64,000 nt of DNA from an uncultured Phycisphaerales bacterium (GCA_963755915.1 CAVWLP010000002.1:1600001-1664000); one strand, 5' to 3'; positions 31,086 to 42,200 are shown, counted from the stretch's first letter. Made by a program: numbers and translations. The notes: generated by a model not told the origin, from the letters alone.

Positions 31086-31241
31086 TCGTGGAATTCTACT
31101 TTGAGTTTAGTCCGGTGCGAAAAGCCGCATCTCAACTTCTCTTTCCGCAGCGCAAAAAAGAGATGCTGTTCACATATCGGACACGCAAAACTTACAGATT
31201 GACTGACGGCCTTAATCCATCACACATGAAAAAAAGAGGCT

Positions 31242-31370
31242 GTGACCAACACGTGCAAGCGACACAGGATCAATCCCCAGCGATACCTTGCGCAAATGCT
31301 CTTGAATCTACCGGTGACCCTAATCAGTCAGATTGAGCGGTGGCTGCTGGACAGGTCGAAGTTGCGAAAT
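31242..31370 (+). pseudogene. IS66 transposase C-terminal remnant
   Basis: Hand translation VTNTCKRHRINPQRYLAQMLLNLPVTLISQIERWLLDRSK resembles the IS66 TCxxxx.P..YL...L C-terminal domain. Confidence 0.6.
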
Positions 31371-31627
31371 ACCTCGCCGTCAGAATAGATTTATCGCTCA
31401 CCAAGATTCCGAAGGCATCCGCCGACGCATGCCGATCTTTGATTTCTCAGATGGTGTCAGCAAATTCCGCAACAAGGTCGGTGACTTAATAATCACCGAA
31501 GAAGCTGTTGTGTCATGGGGCGCGCAAAACCGGCCAATTGAGGGCGCACCAAAACCGGCCATTTTGAGGCACAGGAGATTGGGTTATCGACCTTGGCTTT
31601 CGGCGGTTGCCGCAAGCCAATGGTGGG

Positions 31628-33479
31628 ATGGCCAATCAACTCAAGATGGCGGAAGTACAAGCAATTTTGGCACTTGCGCAGCGGCTGGTCCAATCGGAAC
31701 ATCGCCCGCCAACTCGGCGTTCACCGGGAGACCGTTGGACGCCACATCCGGTTGTCGGGCGGCGATCCTGCGGCGCCCGGATCGGATTCAAAACCGGCCA
31801 GCGCGCCCCTCGGCTCGACGGTGCTCGCCGCAGGCGGCTCGACGGTGCTCGCCGCAGGCGGCTCGACGGTGCTCGCCGCAGGCGGCTCGACGGTGCTCGC
31901 CGCAGGCGGCTCGACGGTGCTCGCCGCAGGCGGCTCGACGGTGCTCGCCGCAGGCGGCTCGACGGTGCTCGCCGCAGGCGGCTCGACGGTGCTCGCCGCA
32001 GGCGGCTCGACGGTGCTCGCCGCAGGCGGCTCGACGGTGCTCGCCGCAGGCGGCTCGGAGAGCGCGCCCACCGGGTTATCCGGCGCGCCCATCGGGTCGG
32101 TCAGTACGGCATCGCCCTGGCGTGAGGTCATTGTTCAGAAGTTGGAAGCCGGGCTGACGGCCCAGCGGATTTATCAAGACATCTCCAGCGATCACGGCTA
32201 TGCCGGCAGCTATTACAGCGTGCGCCGGTTCATCAAGAAGCTCTCGGCTGCCGCGCCGGCGCCCTTTCGCCGGATGGAATGCGAGCCGGGAGCCGAGGCG
32301 CAGGTGGACTTCGGCCGGGGTGCGCCCTGGTCGGTCCTGACGGCAAACGCAAAGCAACCTGGGTCTTCCGCATTGTGCTGAGCCACAGCCGCAAGGGGTA
32401 CGCCGAGGCGGTGGAGCGGCAGACGACCGATGATTTTCTGCGTTGTCTGGAAAATGCCTTTACGCACTTCGGCGGGATGCCGTCAGCGCTGGTGATCGAC
32501 AATCTTCGCGCGGCGGTGACGCGGGCGGACTGGTTCGAGGCGGAGTTGTGTCCCAAGGTCCGGTCGTTCGCCGAACATTATGGAATCGCCATTCTGCCCA
32601 CCAAGCCGTACACGCCGCGGCACAAGGGGAAGATCGAGCGGGGCATCGGCTATGTGAAGAGCAATGCTCTCAAAGGCCGGCAATTCGCCTCGCTCTCGGA
32701 TCAGAACGCGCATCTGCTGACGTGGGAGAAGAGCGTGGCCGACACGCGCATCCACGGCACGACGCGGCGGCAGGTGAAGGAAGTCTTCGAGCAGGTAGAG
32801 AAGCCGGCACTGTTGGCTCTGCCGCCGGTGCGATTCGATCTTTTCACCGAGGCGTTGCGCAGTGTTCACCGCGACGGGCACGTGGAGATCAAGGGGGCGT
32901 ACTATTCGGTCCCGCCGGAGTTTTTGGGCCAGCGGGTCTGGGCGCGGTGGGACGGGCGCACGGTCCGGCTGTTCGATCAGAAGATGCGTGCGATCGCTCT
33001 GCACGCGCAGCGTCCGCCGGGCAGGTTCTCGACGCAAGACGCCCATATCCTGCCGGAGAAGATCAGCGGCATCGAGCGTGGAACGACCTGGCTTCTCCAG
33101 CGGATCGAATGCATCGGGCCGCACGCCACGCAGTGGGCGCAGTCAATGCTTCAGCATCGCGGCATCGAAGGCGTGCGCGTGTTGATGGGGCTGCTGTCGC
33201 TGGCCAATCAGCAGCCGCGACCGGCCGTGGAACGAGCCTGCGAGATTGCTCTGGGGCATGGCGCGTATCACCTGCGCCTCCCTGCGGCAGCTCATCGAAC
33301 ACCAAAACGGCGCGCCGGTTCAACAACACTTCGAGTTTGTTCAGGAACATCCAATCATCCGCGGACTGGCCGATTACGGACAGTTCGTACGCGACGCAAT
33401 CACCCAAGCGGAGGCTTTGCCTGCCGCACAACCTTTACAGGCCTGCCCTGAGCAGAGCCGAAGGGAGTCCACCCCATGA
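31628..33479 (+). CDS. istA: IS21 transposase IstA (apparent frameshifts ~31677, ~32325, ~33277)
   Basis: MANQLKMA, GWSNRNIARQLGVHRETV HTH, PG.EAQVDFG, LSHSRK, IDNLRAAV, PRHKGKIE, RSVHRDGHV, YSVP. Confidence 0.85.
31812..32051 (+). repeat. Tandem repeat, 10 x 24 bp GGCTCGACGGTGCTCGCCGCAGGC (GSTVLAAG) inside istA
   Basis: Counted directly: 240 bp of identical units. Confidence 0.95.
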
Positions 33480-34366
33480 GACCTTCGTTGATGCAGACGC
33501 TCAAGCAACTTCGGCTTTCAGGTCTGGCGAGCAGCCTTGAAGTTCGCCTGAGCGAGGCGGCCGGCAATCGGCTCGACCACAGTGAGTTTTTGGAACTGAT
33601 CCTTCAGGATGAACTGAACGTCCGATCCAGCCGGCAGATCGGCCGGCACGTCAAGGCGGCGATGTTCCGCGACACCAAAAACCTCGACGAGTTCGACTTC
33701 TCCTTCAACACCTCCATCAAACGCAAACAGATTCACGATCTGGCCGCCGGCCAGTTCATTCGTGACAAACGTGACGTGCTCTTGCTGGGTCCGCCCGGCG
33801 TGGGCAAATCGTTTTTGGCCCAGGCCATCGGACACCAGGCGATCAAGAGCGGCTTGGTGGTCCTGTACCGATCCATCTTCGACCTGGCCCGCGACTTTTT
33901 AGGCGACGAGGATCTGGGAGCCCAGGACAAGACGCTGGCCCGGTATCTCAAGCCTGATCTGCTTATCATCGACGACATGGGAATGAAGCAGCTTCCGCGG
34001 CGCAGCGGCGAATGCCTGCTGGAGATCGTCATGCGCCGGCACGAGAACCGCTCGACGATGATGACCAGCAACCGTCCACTGGAGGACTGGGCCAAGCTGA
34101 TCGGCGACGTGCCGGCGGCCACGGCCATTCTGGATCGGTTCCTGCAGCACGCCACGATCATCAACATCACCGGCAAGAGCTACCGCCTTCGGCATGGGGG
34201 CCATTCGACTTCGCTCACGGCAGGCCAATCCGGGACACCGGAAAAGACAAATCCAAAAGGACGGCGGAGTACCGCCGGCGATGAAGGGTGCTCCCCCCCG
34301 GAAGACACCGTGACAGAGCCGCCGTTGTCTTCTGATGTGGGGGTATCCGCCGGCCAGACGGCGTGA
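33476..34366 (+). CDS. istB: IS21 helper ATPase IstB
   Basis: LDEFDFSFN, GPPGVGKS, LLIIDDMG, TSNRP, AILDR, GKSYR. Confidence 0.95.
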   Translation: MRPSLMQTLKQLRLSGLASSLEVRLSEAAGNRLDHSEFLELILQDELNVRSSRQIGRHVKAAMFRDTKNLDEFDFSFNTSIKRKQIHDLAAGQFIRDKRDVLLLGPPGVGKSFLAQAIGHQAIKSGLVVLYRSIFDLARDFLGDEDLGAQDKTLARYLKPDLLIIDDMGMKQLPRRSGECLLEIVMRRHENRSTMMTSNRPLEDWAKLIGDVPAATAILDRFLQHATIINITGKSYRLRHGGHSTSLTAGQSGTPEKTNPKGRRSTAGDEGCSPPEDTVTEPPLSSDVGVSAGQTA

Positions 34367-34586
34367 ACGGGGACCAATAACTCAAGGAACAGTTGCGTCG
34401 GATAGAACGGATGCGGTATAGAATACGTCAGCACATTGGCCGGTTTTGAAGCGCTCCGCCCTGGCTGGTTTTGGCGCGCCCCGTGACACTGTTGACGAGT
34501 CAATCGCAGTCGCTGCGTCTCGCGCGATGGCCCGCCCTATGGTATTCGGTACTGACTTCCTATGACTCTGAACAAGCGAAATCGTG

Positions 34587-34647
34587 TTCTAATTCTTTAG
34601 AAAAGGCGATTGCAATCTTCTGTGGAGATTGTTCTAATGAATTAGAA
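34587..34647. promoter_or_regulatory. Paired palindromic operators TTCTAA-N4-TTAGAA upstream of the BlaI-like repressor
   Basis: Perfect dyads at 34587-34602 and 34632-34647 flank a TTGCAA -35-like hexamer. Confidence 0.75.
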
Positions 34648-34664
34648 TAAATATGGAGGATCTA

Positions 34665-35060
34665 ATGCCGCGACCCGCTTCAAGTCGCCCGACCGACCTT
34701 GAATTGGAAATCCTCAAGGTTCTTTGGGAATCCGCTCCCGCCACCGTGCGGCAGGTCCAGGCGCGCCTGGCTCCGCGGCGCCCGCTGGCGGTTACAAGCG
34801 TTACCACCGTTCTTAACATTATGACGCGCAAAAGGTATCTGAAGCGCTCCACGGCCGGGGGCGTATACGTCTACCGCCCGCTTGTCAGCGAGACTTCCAC
34901 CGCCAACGGAATGATCCGCGATCTGATCAACCGACTCTTCGGTGGATCGGCAGGTTCGCTCATGCTCAATCTTCTAAGCGAACAGGACCTGGATGAAAAA
35001 ACCCTGAAGGAAATCCGAGCGGTTCTTGATCGTAAGAAAGCAAGCGAGGACCAGTTATGA
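34665..35060 (+). CDS. BlaI/MecI/CopY family repressor
   Basis: PTDLELEILKVLW..PATVRQV, TSVTTVLNIM..K.YL.R, LFGGS; RBS GGAGGA before ATG 34665. Confidence 0.92.
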   Translation: MPRPASSRPTDLELEILKVLWESAPATVRQVQARLAPRRPLAVTSVTTVLNIMTRKRYLKRSTAGGVYVYRPLVSETSTANGMIRDLINRLFGGSAGSLMLNLLSEQDLDEKTLKEIRAVLDRKKASEDQL

Positions 35061-37753
35061 ATAACCTCATCAACTCAGAGTTGGCGATCCGACTGGCATT
35101 GACTCTGATGCACTCGCTTTGGCAGGGCACGGCCATTTCGCTCCTTGCCGTGGCTGTAGCCAGCGAGTTTAGTCGTTCGGCCGCCGCACTGCGATACCAA
35201 ATCTTCTTTTTAGCACTTGTCCTATGCGCTTTGGCCGCCGTTGTGACGTTCGCGTGCCTTTCGACTGGACGGGATGTGCTGCGCGGCGCGATGGCGCCAT
35301 CGATTCCCGGGCGCACCGTGGCGGCAGTGGAAATAAATCAGACAATTTCCGCCGCTTCATCCGCGGGTGTTGTGTCGAACCCTGTTGTCAGCGTCGCACC
35401 GCATTCGATGTACTCTCCGATCGGGCCGGCGACCCCCGGATCTCCTACGGTGAAATCGAGATTCGACTGGACACGCTGTGCGACGCCGGTCGTCCAGGTC
35501 TATGCCGCTGGCGTTACCCTGATGCTCTTTCGTCTGGGAATCGCGATCCGCGGGGACCGCCGGCTTCGCATAGCCGCCTGCCCTCTGGCCGACCAGCGGA
35601 TTCACGCGGCTTTGCATCGACAGGCCGCGCGGCTTGGTCTGCGTTTCGTGCCGGCCGTCTTCCAAAGCGCTCGGGTGCTGGTTCCAACTGTGGTTGGCAT
35701 CCTCCGTCCCGCGATTCTGCTTCCTGTTTCGGTCTCGACGGGTCTTTCCCTGGATGCCATCGAAGCGATTCTCGCCCACGAACTCGGCCACATTCGGCGG
35801 TATGACCATCTGCTTCAGTTTGTCCAGCGCCTTATAGAAGCAGCATTTTTCTTTCATCCCGCGGTCTGGTATCTCTCGCGTCGTATCCATGTCGAGCGCG
35901 AAAACGCCTGCGACGACCTCGCCGTCCGGGTCTTCCACAAACCCGGCGAGTATGCCGATGCACTACTGCGGGCTGCCGAGTTGTTCGCGTTTGCCCGTCG
36001 GCCCGCCATTGCCAGTCTCGCAATTGCCAACCGCTCGCACGGACTGCGGGAGCGCGTCGCCCGTCTGGTGGAACCCGTTGCCGAGTCGCGCTTCCGATTG
36101 CCAGGCGTTTGCAGTGCGATGGTCCTGCTGAGTCTCGCTGTGGTGCTGGCCCTCGGGCTCCATCATCGTGCGGATGCCGCCGACCCGACCGCGCCAACAG
36201 CCCGGCCTGGCAATGCCCCGAGCGGCGCCGTGAGCCCGGAGAGTTACGGTGAGACAATGCATGCGTTACCGACCTACTGCGGCGCAGTCGACAAGGCGGT
36301 TGCCCCCCAGAATCTGGAAGCCCTGGCCTCCAAGACGAGCGATCCCCAAGTCCTGCTTGGTTTGGTGTACCTCGCTCCGACGGGAAGTCCGGTCCGGCGG
36401 GAGATTTCGGAATCCGCGGTGAACGCCCGACCCGAGTACGCCCCAATTGTTGCGGTGCTGACGGTTGCGATGGAAGGTGCAGATGAGCATTCCGTCGACG
36501 AACTTATCAAGAGTGATCCGGACAACGCGCTGGGGTACTACCTGAAGGCAAATCTGTTGTATCAGGCTGACTACGAGAAGGAATCGCTCGCGTTATTCCA
36601 GAAGGCGGCAACCTGCCCCGACCTGCGCCTTTACGGGACCCTGACCGCCAATGCGCTCTTCAAGACGCTTGATGCCTTGAACCTCCGTGGGCGCGATCGG
36701 CTGGCAGCCCTGAGTTGGACGGCAACCCGTATGAGCAACTTTTATACCTCGGACTTGCAAACCGTGCGTACGGACCTGAGCGAAATGAGCTTGAAGTCCG
36801 ACTTCACCACCCGAAAAGAGATCTCCGATCTACTGTTGGTCCTGGGTGGCCACCTCTTCTCGACAAACTTCACGAACCGTCGTTTGGCAGAGTGGACGAT
36901 CCAAGATGCCTTCCAGCTCAAAGCAACCGTCGCGGCCGCCGAGAAATCCCGTGACACAAACGCCTACTGTGCCGTCAGCCAGACGATCCAGCGATTCAGT
37001 TGGCCCGACACCGGCAAAGAAACAGACATACCTATTGAAGCGGAGCAGTATCTTCCCAGTAGAATCTGGGGGGCATTTGCAAGGGTTGATCAATCCCGAA
37101 GGACCGCCACAAGCCCGATGGGAACGAAATTGAACCTTTCGGGTAGTGACAAGGCCGCCTATGAAAAGGCGCAAGACGATTATATTAAGGCCGGCAATGC
37201 GCTCATCGAAGTATCGCTTACCGATGCTGATGGAATAATCGGCGCCTATCTTAAAGATCTTCCTCAACCGGACGGGTCGGGACCATCTCCGTGGATAACG
37301 AGTTACAGCGATGTCGAGAAACTGATAGCGAACCGGCCCGACGTTTTTGAGGCGGCCACCGCGAACGAACGGGCGATGCGTGCATGGGACCAGGCCGTCA
37401 GTAATGATCCTGTTGACCGGAATGTCAGGAGGTTGATGCATGTCGGCTTCGCGATTTGGTCATACGCGTCTGACCACGATCAAACTTTACCGAGCAGTCT
37501 GGAGGTTCTATATAAGGACGGAAGATATCTCAAAGACGCGGGCGAGACGAAGTCGCTTTTAACCGGCAAGTCTTACATTATCGCCGCCGCCGGCACGAAA
37601 TTTCCTGAAAAAGCTGCTCGACGGGACAGTTTCATCGTGGTCTATGATGATGATGTAGTCGATGGTCGCTATCAGTGCGCGCTCGGTAACGGTGGTGGCA
37701 CAAGCCTGCCGGCGAATGAGTTCAGGGAGTGGCTCGGAAAGCAAGGCAAATAG
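35057..37753 (+). CDS. M56 (BlaR1/MecR1-like) membrane metallopeptidase with large extracellular domain
   Basis: LMHSLWQG, P.VVGILRPAILLP, AHELGHIRRYD, FFFHPAVW...ERENACDD. Confidence 0.9.
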   Translation: MNNLINSELAIRLALTLMHSLWQGTAISLLAVAVASEFSRSAAALRYQIFFLALVLCALAAVVTFACLSTGRDVLRGAMAPSIPGRTVAAVEINQTISAASSAGVVSNPVVSVAPHSMYSPIGPATPGSPTVKSRFDWTRCATPVVQVYAAGVTLMLFRLGIAIRGDRRLRIAACPLADQRIHAALHRQAARLGLRFVPAVFQSARVLVPTVVGILRPAILLPVSVSTGLSLDAIEAILAHELGHIRRYDHLLQFVQRLIEAAFFFHPAVWYLSRRIHVERENACDDLAVRVFHKPGEYADALLRAAELFAFARRPAIASLAIANRSHGLRERVARLVEPVAESRFRLPGVCSAMVLLSLAVVLALGLHHRADAADPTAPTARPGNAPSGAVSPESYGETMHALPTYCGAVDKAVAPQNLEALASKTSDPQVLLGLVYLAPTGSPVRREISESAVNARPEYAPIVAVLTVAMEGADEHSVDELIKSDPDNALGYYLKANLLYQADYEKESLALFQKAATCPDLRLYGTLTANALFKTLDALNLRGRDRLAALSWTATRMSNFYTSDLQTVRTDLSEMSLKSDFTTRKEISDLLLVLGGHLFSTNFTNRRLAEWTIQDAFQLKATVAAAEKSRDTNAYCAVSQTIQRFSWPDTGKETDIPIEAEQYLPSRIWGAFARVDQSRRTATSPMGTKLNLSGSDKAAYEKAQDDYIKAGNALIEVSLTDADGIIGAYLKDLPQPDGSGPSPWITSYSDVEKLIANRPDVFEAATANERAMRAWDQAVSNDPVDRNVRRLMHVGFAIWSYASDHDQTLPSSLEVLYKDGRYLKDAGETKSLLTGKSYIIAAAGTKFPEKAARRDSFIVVYDDDVVDGRYQCALGNGGGTSLPANEFREWLGKQGK

Positions 37754-38808
37754 AAAGTTGGTACGATTTCCACACCGACGTCAACCGTGCCAATAGTATA
37801 CATGTTGCACTCGGCCTGAGATTGGCCGTTTCCGTTTTTTTGAGCGGGCGGAAGGATGTGCGGATGTATTCCACCCAACGGATGATTTGGACTAATGCGC
37901 CTCCGATCATTCTGTGTATTCGGCGATCAAACTAGATCTAGCCGTAGTATGGTGACGTTTGAGGCGTTCCCTGCAAGCTCGAAGTGGGTAACCTCGTTTT
38001 TATTCACTAAATTCGCATTGTAAATGCGTCATAATAAGTGAACTGGAAAATCACCATTGATGGTGACATTTTCGTCGATTGCTGGTTGGTCTGGAACCCG
38101 CCCTGCACTTGGACATATCCTGGTCCAGCCCGAATAACGGACAATCGCAGGTGCCGAACCTGCCGTACAGGCGGACCGAACCACGCGGCACATTCGATAG
38201 ATGAATAAGCCATCCGTTCGATTGATTGGATCTGCTAAATATACCCTGAAAACGTGTCATAATATTTTACCGCGGATATAGCCTTCAGCGGACGCGTCGT
38301 CCGGCCACCTAGTCCCATCTTTTCCTGCTCTCTACCTTGTATCCACGGGTCCATTTCACTTTACACCCGGCCAGATATGGCCGGGAAGGAGATCCTATGC
38401 TGCTTTGTTCTGATTCATGGACCCCGCAACCTGGCGATGATCCTGCCGGAATTGCGGGCTTCGCCTATCGGTTCGAATCTCGACCGCTCAATCGCTTGCT
38501 CGGACGGGGTGGCCGAATGGCCGATACCCCCGACCCGTCGCGTTATGCGGCCTTGTTCCGACGTCTAAGGAGCGAATACGGCGGCCAATTGCGCTATGGC
38601 TTCATGCTGCCGATCAATCTTTTGCTCGACGGGGTGGTCGCTCACCCGATCTATCACGAAAGGCGCGTGCCGCAGATGGCGCCAATTGTCACGGGGCGCG
38701 CCAAAACCAGCCAGGGCGGAGCGCTTCAAAACCGGCCAATGTGCTGACGTATTCTATACCGCATCCGTTCTATCCGACGCAACTGTTCCTTGAGTTATTG
38801 GTCCCCGT

Positions 38809-39699
38809 TCACGCCGTCTGGCCGGCGGATACCCCCACATCAGAAGACAACGGCGGCTCTGTCACGGTGTCTTCCGGGGGGGAGCACCCTTCATCGCCGG
38901 CGGTACTCCGCCGTCCTTTTGGATTTGTCTTTTCCGGTGTCCCGGATTGGCCTGCCGTGAGCGAAGTCGAATGGCCCCCATGCCGAAGGCGGTAGCTCTT
39001 GCCGGTGATGTTGATGATCGTGGCGTGCTGCAGGAACCGATCCAGAATGGCCGTGGCCGCCGGCACGTCGCCGATCAGCTTGGCCCAGTCCTCCAGTGGA
39101 CGGTTGCTGGTCATCATCGTCGAGCGGTTCTCGTGCCGGCGCATGACGATCTCCAGCAGGCATTCGCCGCTGCGCCGCGGAAGCTGCTTCATTCCCATGT
39201 CGTCGATGATAAGCAGATCAGGCTTGAGATACCGGGCCAGCGTCTTGTCCTGGGCTCCCAGATCCTCGTCGCCTAAAAAGTCGCGGGCCAGGTCGAAGAT
39301 GGATCGGTACAGGACCACCAAGCCGCTCTTGATCGCCTGGTGTCCGATGGCCTGGGCCAAAAACGATTTGCCCACGCCGGGCGGACCCAGCAAGAGCACG
39401 TCACGTTTGTCACGAATGAACTGGCCGGCGGCCAGATCGTGAATCTGTTTGCGTTTGATGGAGGTGTTGAAGGAGAAGTCGAACTCGTCGAGGTTTTTGG
39501 TGTCGCGGAACATCGCCGCCTTGACGCGCCGGCCGATCTGCCGGCTGGATCGGACGTTCAGTTCATCCTGAAGGATCAGTTCCAAAAACTCACTGTGGTC
39601 GAGCCGATTGCCGGCCGCCTCGCTCAGGCGAACTTCAAGGCTGCTCGCCAGACCTGAAAGCCGAAGTTGCTTGAGCGTCTGCATCAACGAAGGTCTCAT
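38809..39699 (-). CDS. istB: IS21 helper ATPase IstB
   Basis: Identical to the 33476 protein except H/R in the IGRxVK segment. Confidence 0.95.
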   Translation of the reverse strand: MRPSLMQTLKQLRLSGLASSLEVRLSEAAGNRLDHSEFLELILQDELNVRSSRQIGRRVKAAMFRDTKNLDEFDFSFNTSIKRKQIHDLAAGQFIRDKRDVLLLGPPGVGKSFLAQAIGHQAIKSGLVVLYRSIFDLARDFLGDEDLGAQDKTLARYLKPDLLIIDDMGMKQLPRRSGECLLEIVMRRHENRSTMMTSNRPLEDWAKLIGDVPAATAILDRFLQHATIINITGKSYRLRHGGHSTSLTAGQSGTPEKTNPKGRRSTAGDEGCSPPEDTVTEPPLSSDVGVSAGQTA

Positions 39700-41452
39700 G
39701 GGGTGGACTCCCTTCGGCTCTGCTCAGGGCAGGCCTGTAAAGGTTGTGCGGCAGGCAAAGCCTCCGCTTGGGTGATTGCGTCGCGTACGAACTGTCCGTA
39801 ATCGGCCAGTCCGCGGATGATTGGATGTTCCTGAACAAACTCGAAGTGTTGTTGAACCGGCGCGCCGTTTTGGTGTTCGATGAGCTGCCGCAGGGAGCGC
39901 AGGTGATACGCGCCATGCCCCAGAGCAATCTCGCAGGCTCGTTCCACGGCCGGTCGCGGCTGCTGATTGGCCAGCGACAGCAGCCCCATCAACACGCGCA
40001 CGCCTTCGATGCCGCGATGCTGAAGCATTGACTGCGCCCACTGCGTGGCGTGCGGCCCGATGCATTCGATCCGCTGGAGAAGCCAGGTCGTTCCACGCTC
40101 GATGCCGCTGATCTTCTCCGGCAGGATATGGGCGTCTTGCGTCGAGAACCTGCCCGGCGGACGCTGCGCGTGCAGAGCGATCGCACGCATCTTCTGATCG
40201 AACAGCCGGACCGTGCGCCCGTCCCACCGCGCCCAGACCCGCTGGCCCAAAAACTCCGGCGGGACCGAATAGTACGCCCCCTTGATCTCCACGTGCCCGT
40301 CGCGGTGAACACTGCGCAACGCCTCGGTGAAAAGATCGAATCGCACCGGCGGCAGAGCCAACAGTGCCGGCTTCTCTACCTGCTCGAAGACTTCCTTTCA
40401 CCTGCCGCCGCGTCGTGCCGTGGATGCGCGTGTCGGCCACGCTCTTCTCCCACGTCAGCAGATGCGCGTTCTGATCCGAGAGCGAGGCGAATTGCCGGCC
40501 TTTGAGAGCATTGCTCTTCACATAGCCGATGCCCCGCTCGATCTTCCCCTTGTGCCGCGGCGTGTACGGCTTGGTGGGCAGAATGGCGATTCCATAATGT
40601 TCGGCGAACGACCGGACCTTGGGACACAACTCCGCCTCGAACCAGTCCGCCCGCGTCACCGCCGCGCGAAGATTGTCGATCACCAGCGCTGACGGCATCC
40701 CGCCGAAGTGCGTAAAGGCATTTTCCAGACAACGCAGAAAATCATCGGTCGTCTGCCGCTCCACCGCCTCGGCGTACCCCTTGCGGCTGTGGCTCAGCAC
40801 AATGCGGAAGACCCAGGTTGCTTTGCGTTTGCCGTCAGGACCGACCAGGGCGCACCCCGGCCGAAGTCCACCTGCACCTCGGCTCCCGGCTCGCATTCCA
40901 TCCGGCGAAAGGGCGCCGGCGCGGCAGCCGAGAGCTTCTTGATGAACCGGCGCACGCTGTAATAGCTGCCGGCATAGCCGTGATCGCTGGAGATGTCTTG
41001 ATAAATCCGCTGGGCCGTCAGCCCGGCTTCCAACTTCTGAACAATGACCTCACGCCAGGGCGATGCCGTACTGACCGACCCGATCGGCGCGCCGGATAAC
41101 CCGGTGGGCGCGCTCTCCGAGCCGCCTGCGGCGAGCACCGTCGAGCCGCCTGCGGCGAGCACCGTCGAGCCGCCTGCGGCGAGCACCGTCGAGCCGCCTG
41201 CGGCGAGCACCGTCGAGCCGCCTGCGGCGAGCACCGTCGAGCCGCCTGCGGCGAGCACCGTCGAGCCGAGGGCGCGCGCTGGCCGGTTTTGAATCCGATC
41301 CGGGCGCCGCAGGATCGCCGCCCGACAACCGGATGTGGCGTCCAACGGTCTCCCGGTGAACGCCGAGTTGGCGGGCGATGTTCCGATTGGACCAGCCGCT
41401 GCGCAAGTGCCAAAATTGCTTGTACTTCCGCCATCTTGAGTTGATTGGCCAT
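39696..41452 (-). CDS. istA: IS21 transposase IstA (frameshifted as read)
   Basis: Same motifs as copy 1. Confidence 0.85.
41124..41267 (-). repeat. Tandem repeat, 6 x 24 bp (GSTVLAAG)
   Basis: Same unit as 31812; 144 bp. Confidence 0.95.
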
Positions 41453-41945
41453 CCCACCATTGGCTTGCGGCAACCGCCGAAAGCCAAGGTCGATAACCCA
41501 ATCTCCTGTGCCTCAAAATGGCCGGTTTTGGCGCCGCCTCAATTGGCCGGTTTTGCGCGCCCCATGACAGCCAATGGCGCTGTTTGTCCGTTAAGGCCGT
41601 TTTTGGAGTGTTCGCGCAGTGATTTCGGTGATGTCCGCGGGCGATCCGGCGATGGTGGATAAGCTCGTGCAGCTCTACGCAGATTTCGCGGTGAAGCTGC
41701 TCGTACTTACACCGGATCTGGTCGATTCCGGCTACCTCAATGGAGAGGAATTCGGCCGCCAGGTGAAGGAGGCTCTCTTCCCCGCCTGCGATACCCAGCC
41801 CTTGGCTCCCGCCCAGTCCGTCGCCTGAATCCCGGCAGTCTCTTCAGGCGATTCCCAACTTTATGAAGGAGGTGCAATCCCCCAGGCTCGTCGTACGTGC
41901 TGATTTCGTTCACCTTTCATCCATTCTCTTTAGGAGCAAGCTTTT

Positions 41946-42173
41946 ATGAAGGTCTTTTACATCAACAATGTCGGTTCAGGTTTCGCGGAACAGATCGAAG
42001 TGGACTCAGGCACCACCCTGGCTGCGCTGTTCAGCCAGAAGATGCCGGGATCCGATCCCCGGGATTACTTGATCCGCGTCAATCGCCAGCCGGTTGCCGC
42101 GGATGAGGTACTTACCGAAGGATCCCGAGTCTCCATAACACCCACCAAGATCGAGGGGGCCAAAGTCGCCTGA
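41946..42173 (+). CDS. Ubiquitin-like (ThiS/MoaD-type beta-grasp) protein
   Basis: 75 aa; [35 protein letters not shown], near-terminal Gly (KIEG-AKVA); RBS AGGAG. Confidence 0.8.
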   Translation: MKVFYINNVGSGFAEQIEVDSGTTLAALFSQKMPGSDPRDYLIRVNRQPVAADEVLTEGSRVSITPTKIEGAKVA

Positions 42174-42200
42174 TCCTGGTCCGATCCAGATGTTTCATAC

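Larger units (their letters stand above)
31511..34488 (+). mobile_element. IS21-family element, copy 1
   Basis: Ends TGTCATGGGGCGCG...CGCGCCCCGTGACA, repeated AAAACCGGCCA subterminal boxes, 6-bp TSD CTGTTG (31505-31510 and 34489-34494). Confidence 0.95.
38687..41569 (-). mobile_element. IS21-family element, copy 2 (inverted)
   Basis: Near-identical to copy 1; TSD GCCAAT (38681-38686 and 41570-41575). Confidence 0.95.
38397..41828 (+). pseudogene. Hypothetical gene interrupted by IS21 copy 2
   Basis: Removing the IS and one GCCAAT joins 38397-38686 in frame with 41576-41828, leaving one in-frame TAA at 41592. Confidence 0.6.

Noticed and set aside
31812-32051. CRISPR array
   Set aside because: Units are contiguous with no spacers, lie in frame in istA, and no cas genes are present
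37753-38340. Short ORFs in the lower-GC spacer
   Set aside because: No recognisable motifs or convincing starts
31511-41569. Composite transposon inserted as one unit
   Set aside because: The outer flanks differ; each IS has its own TSD
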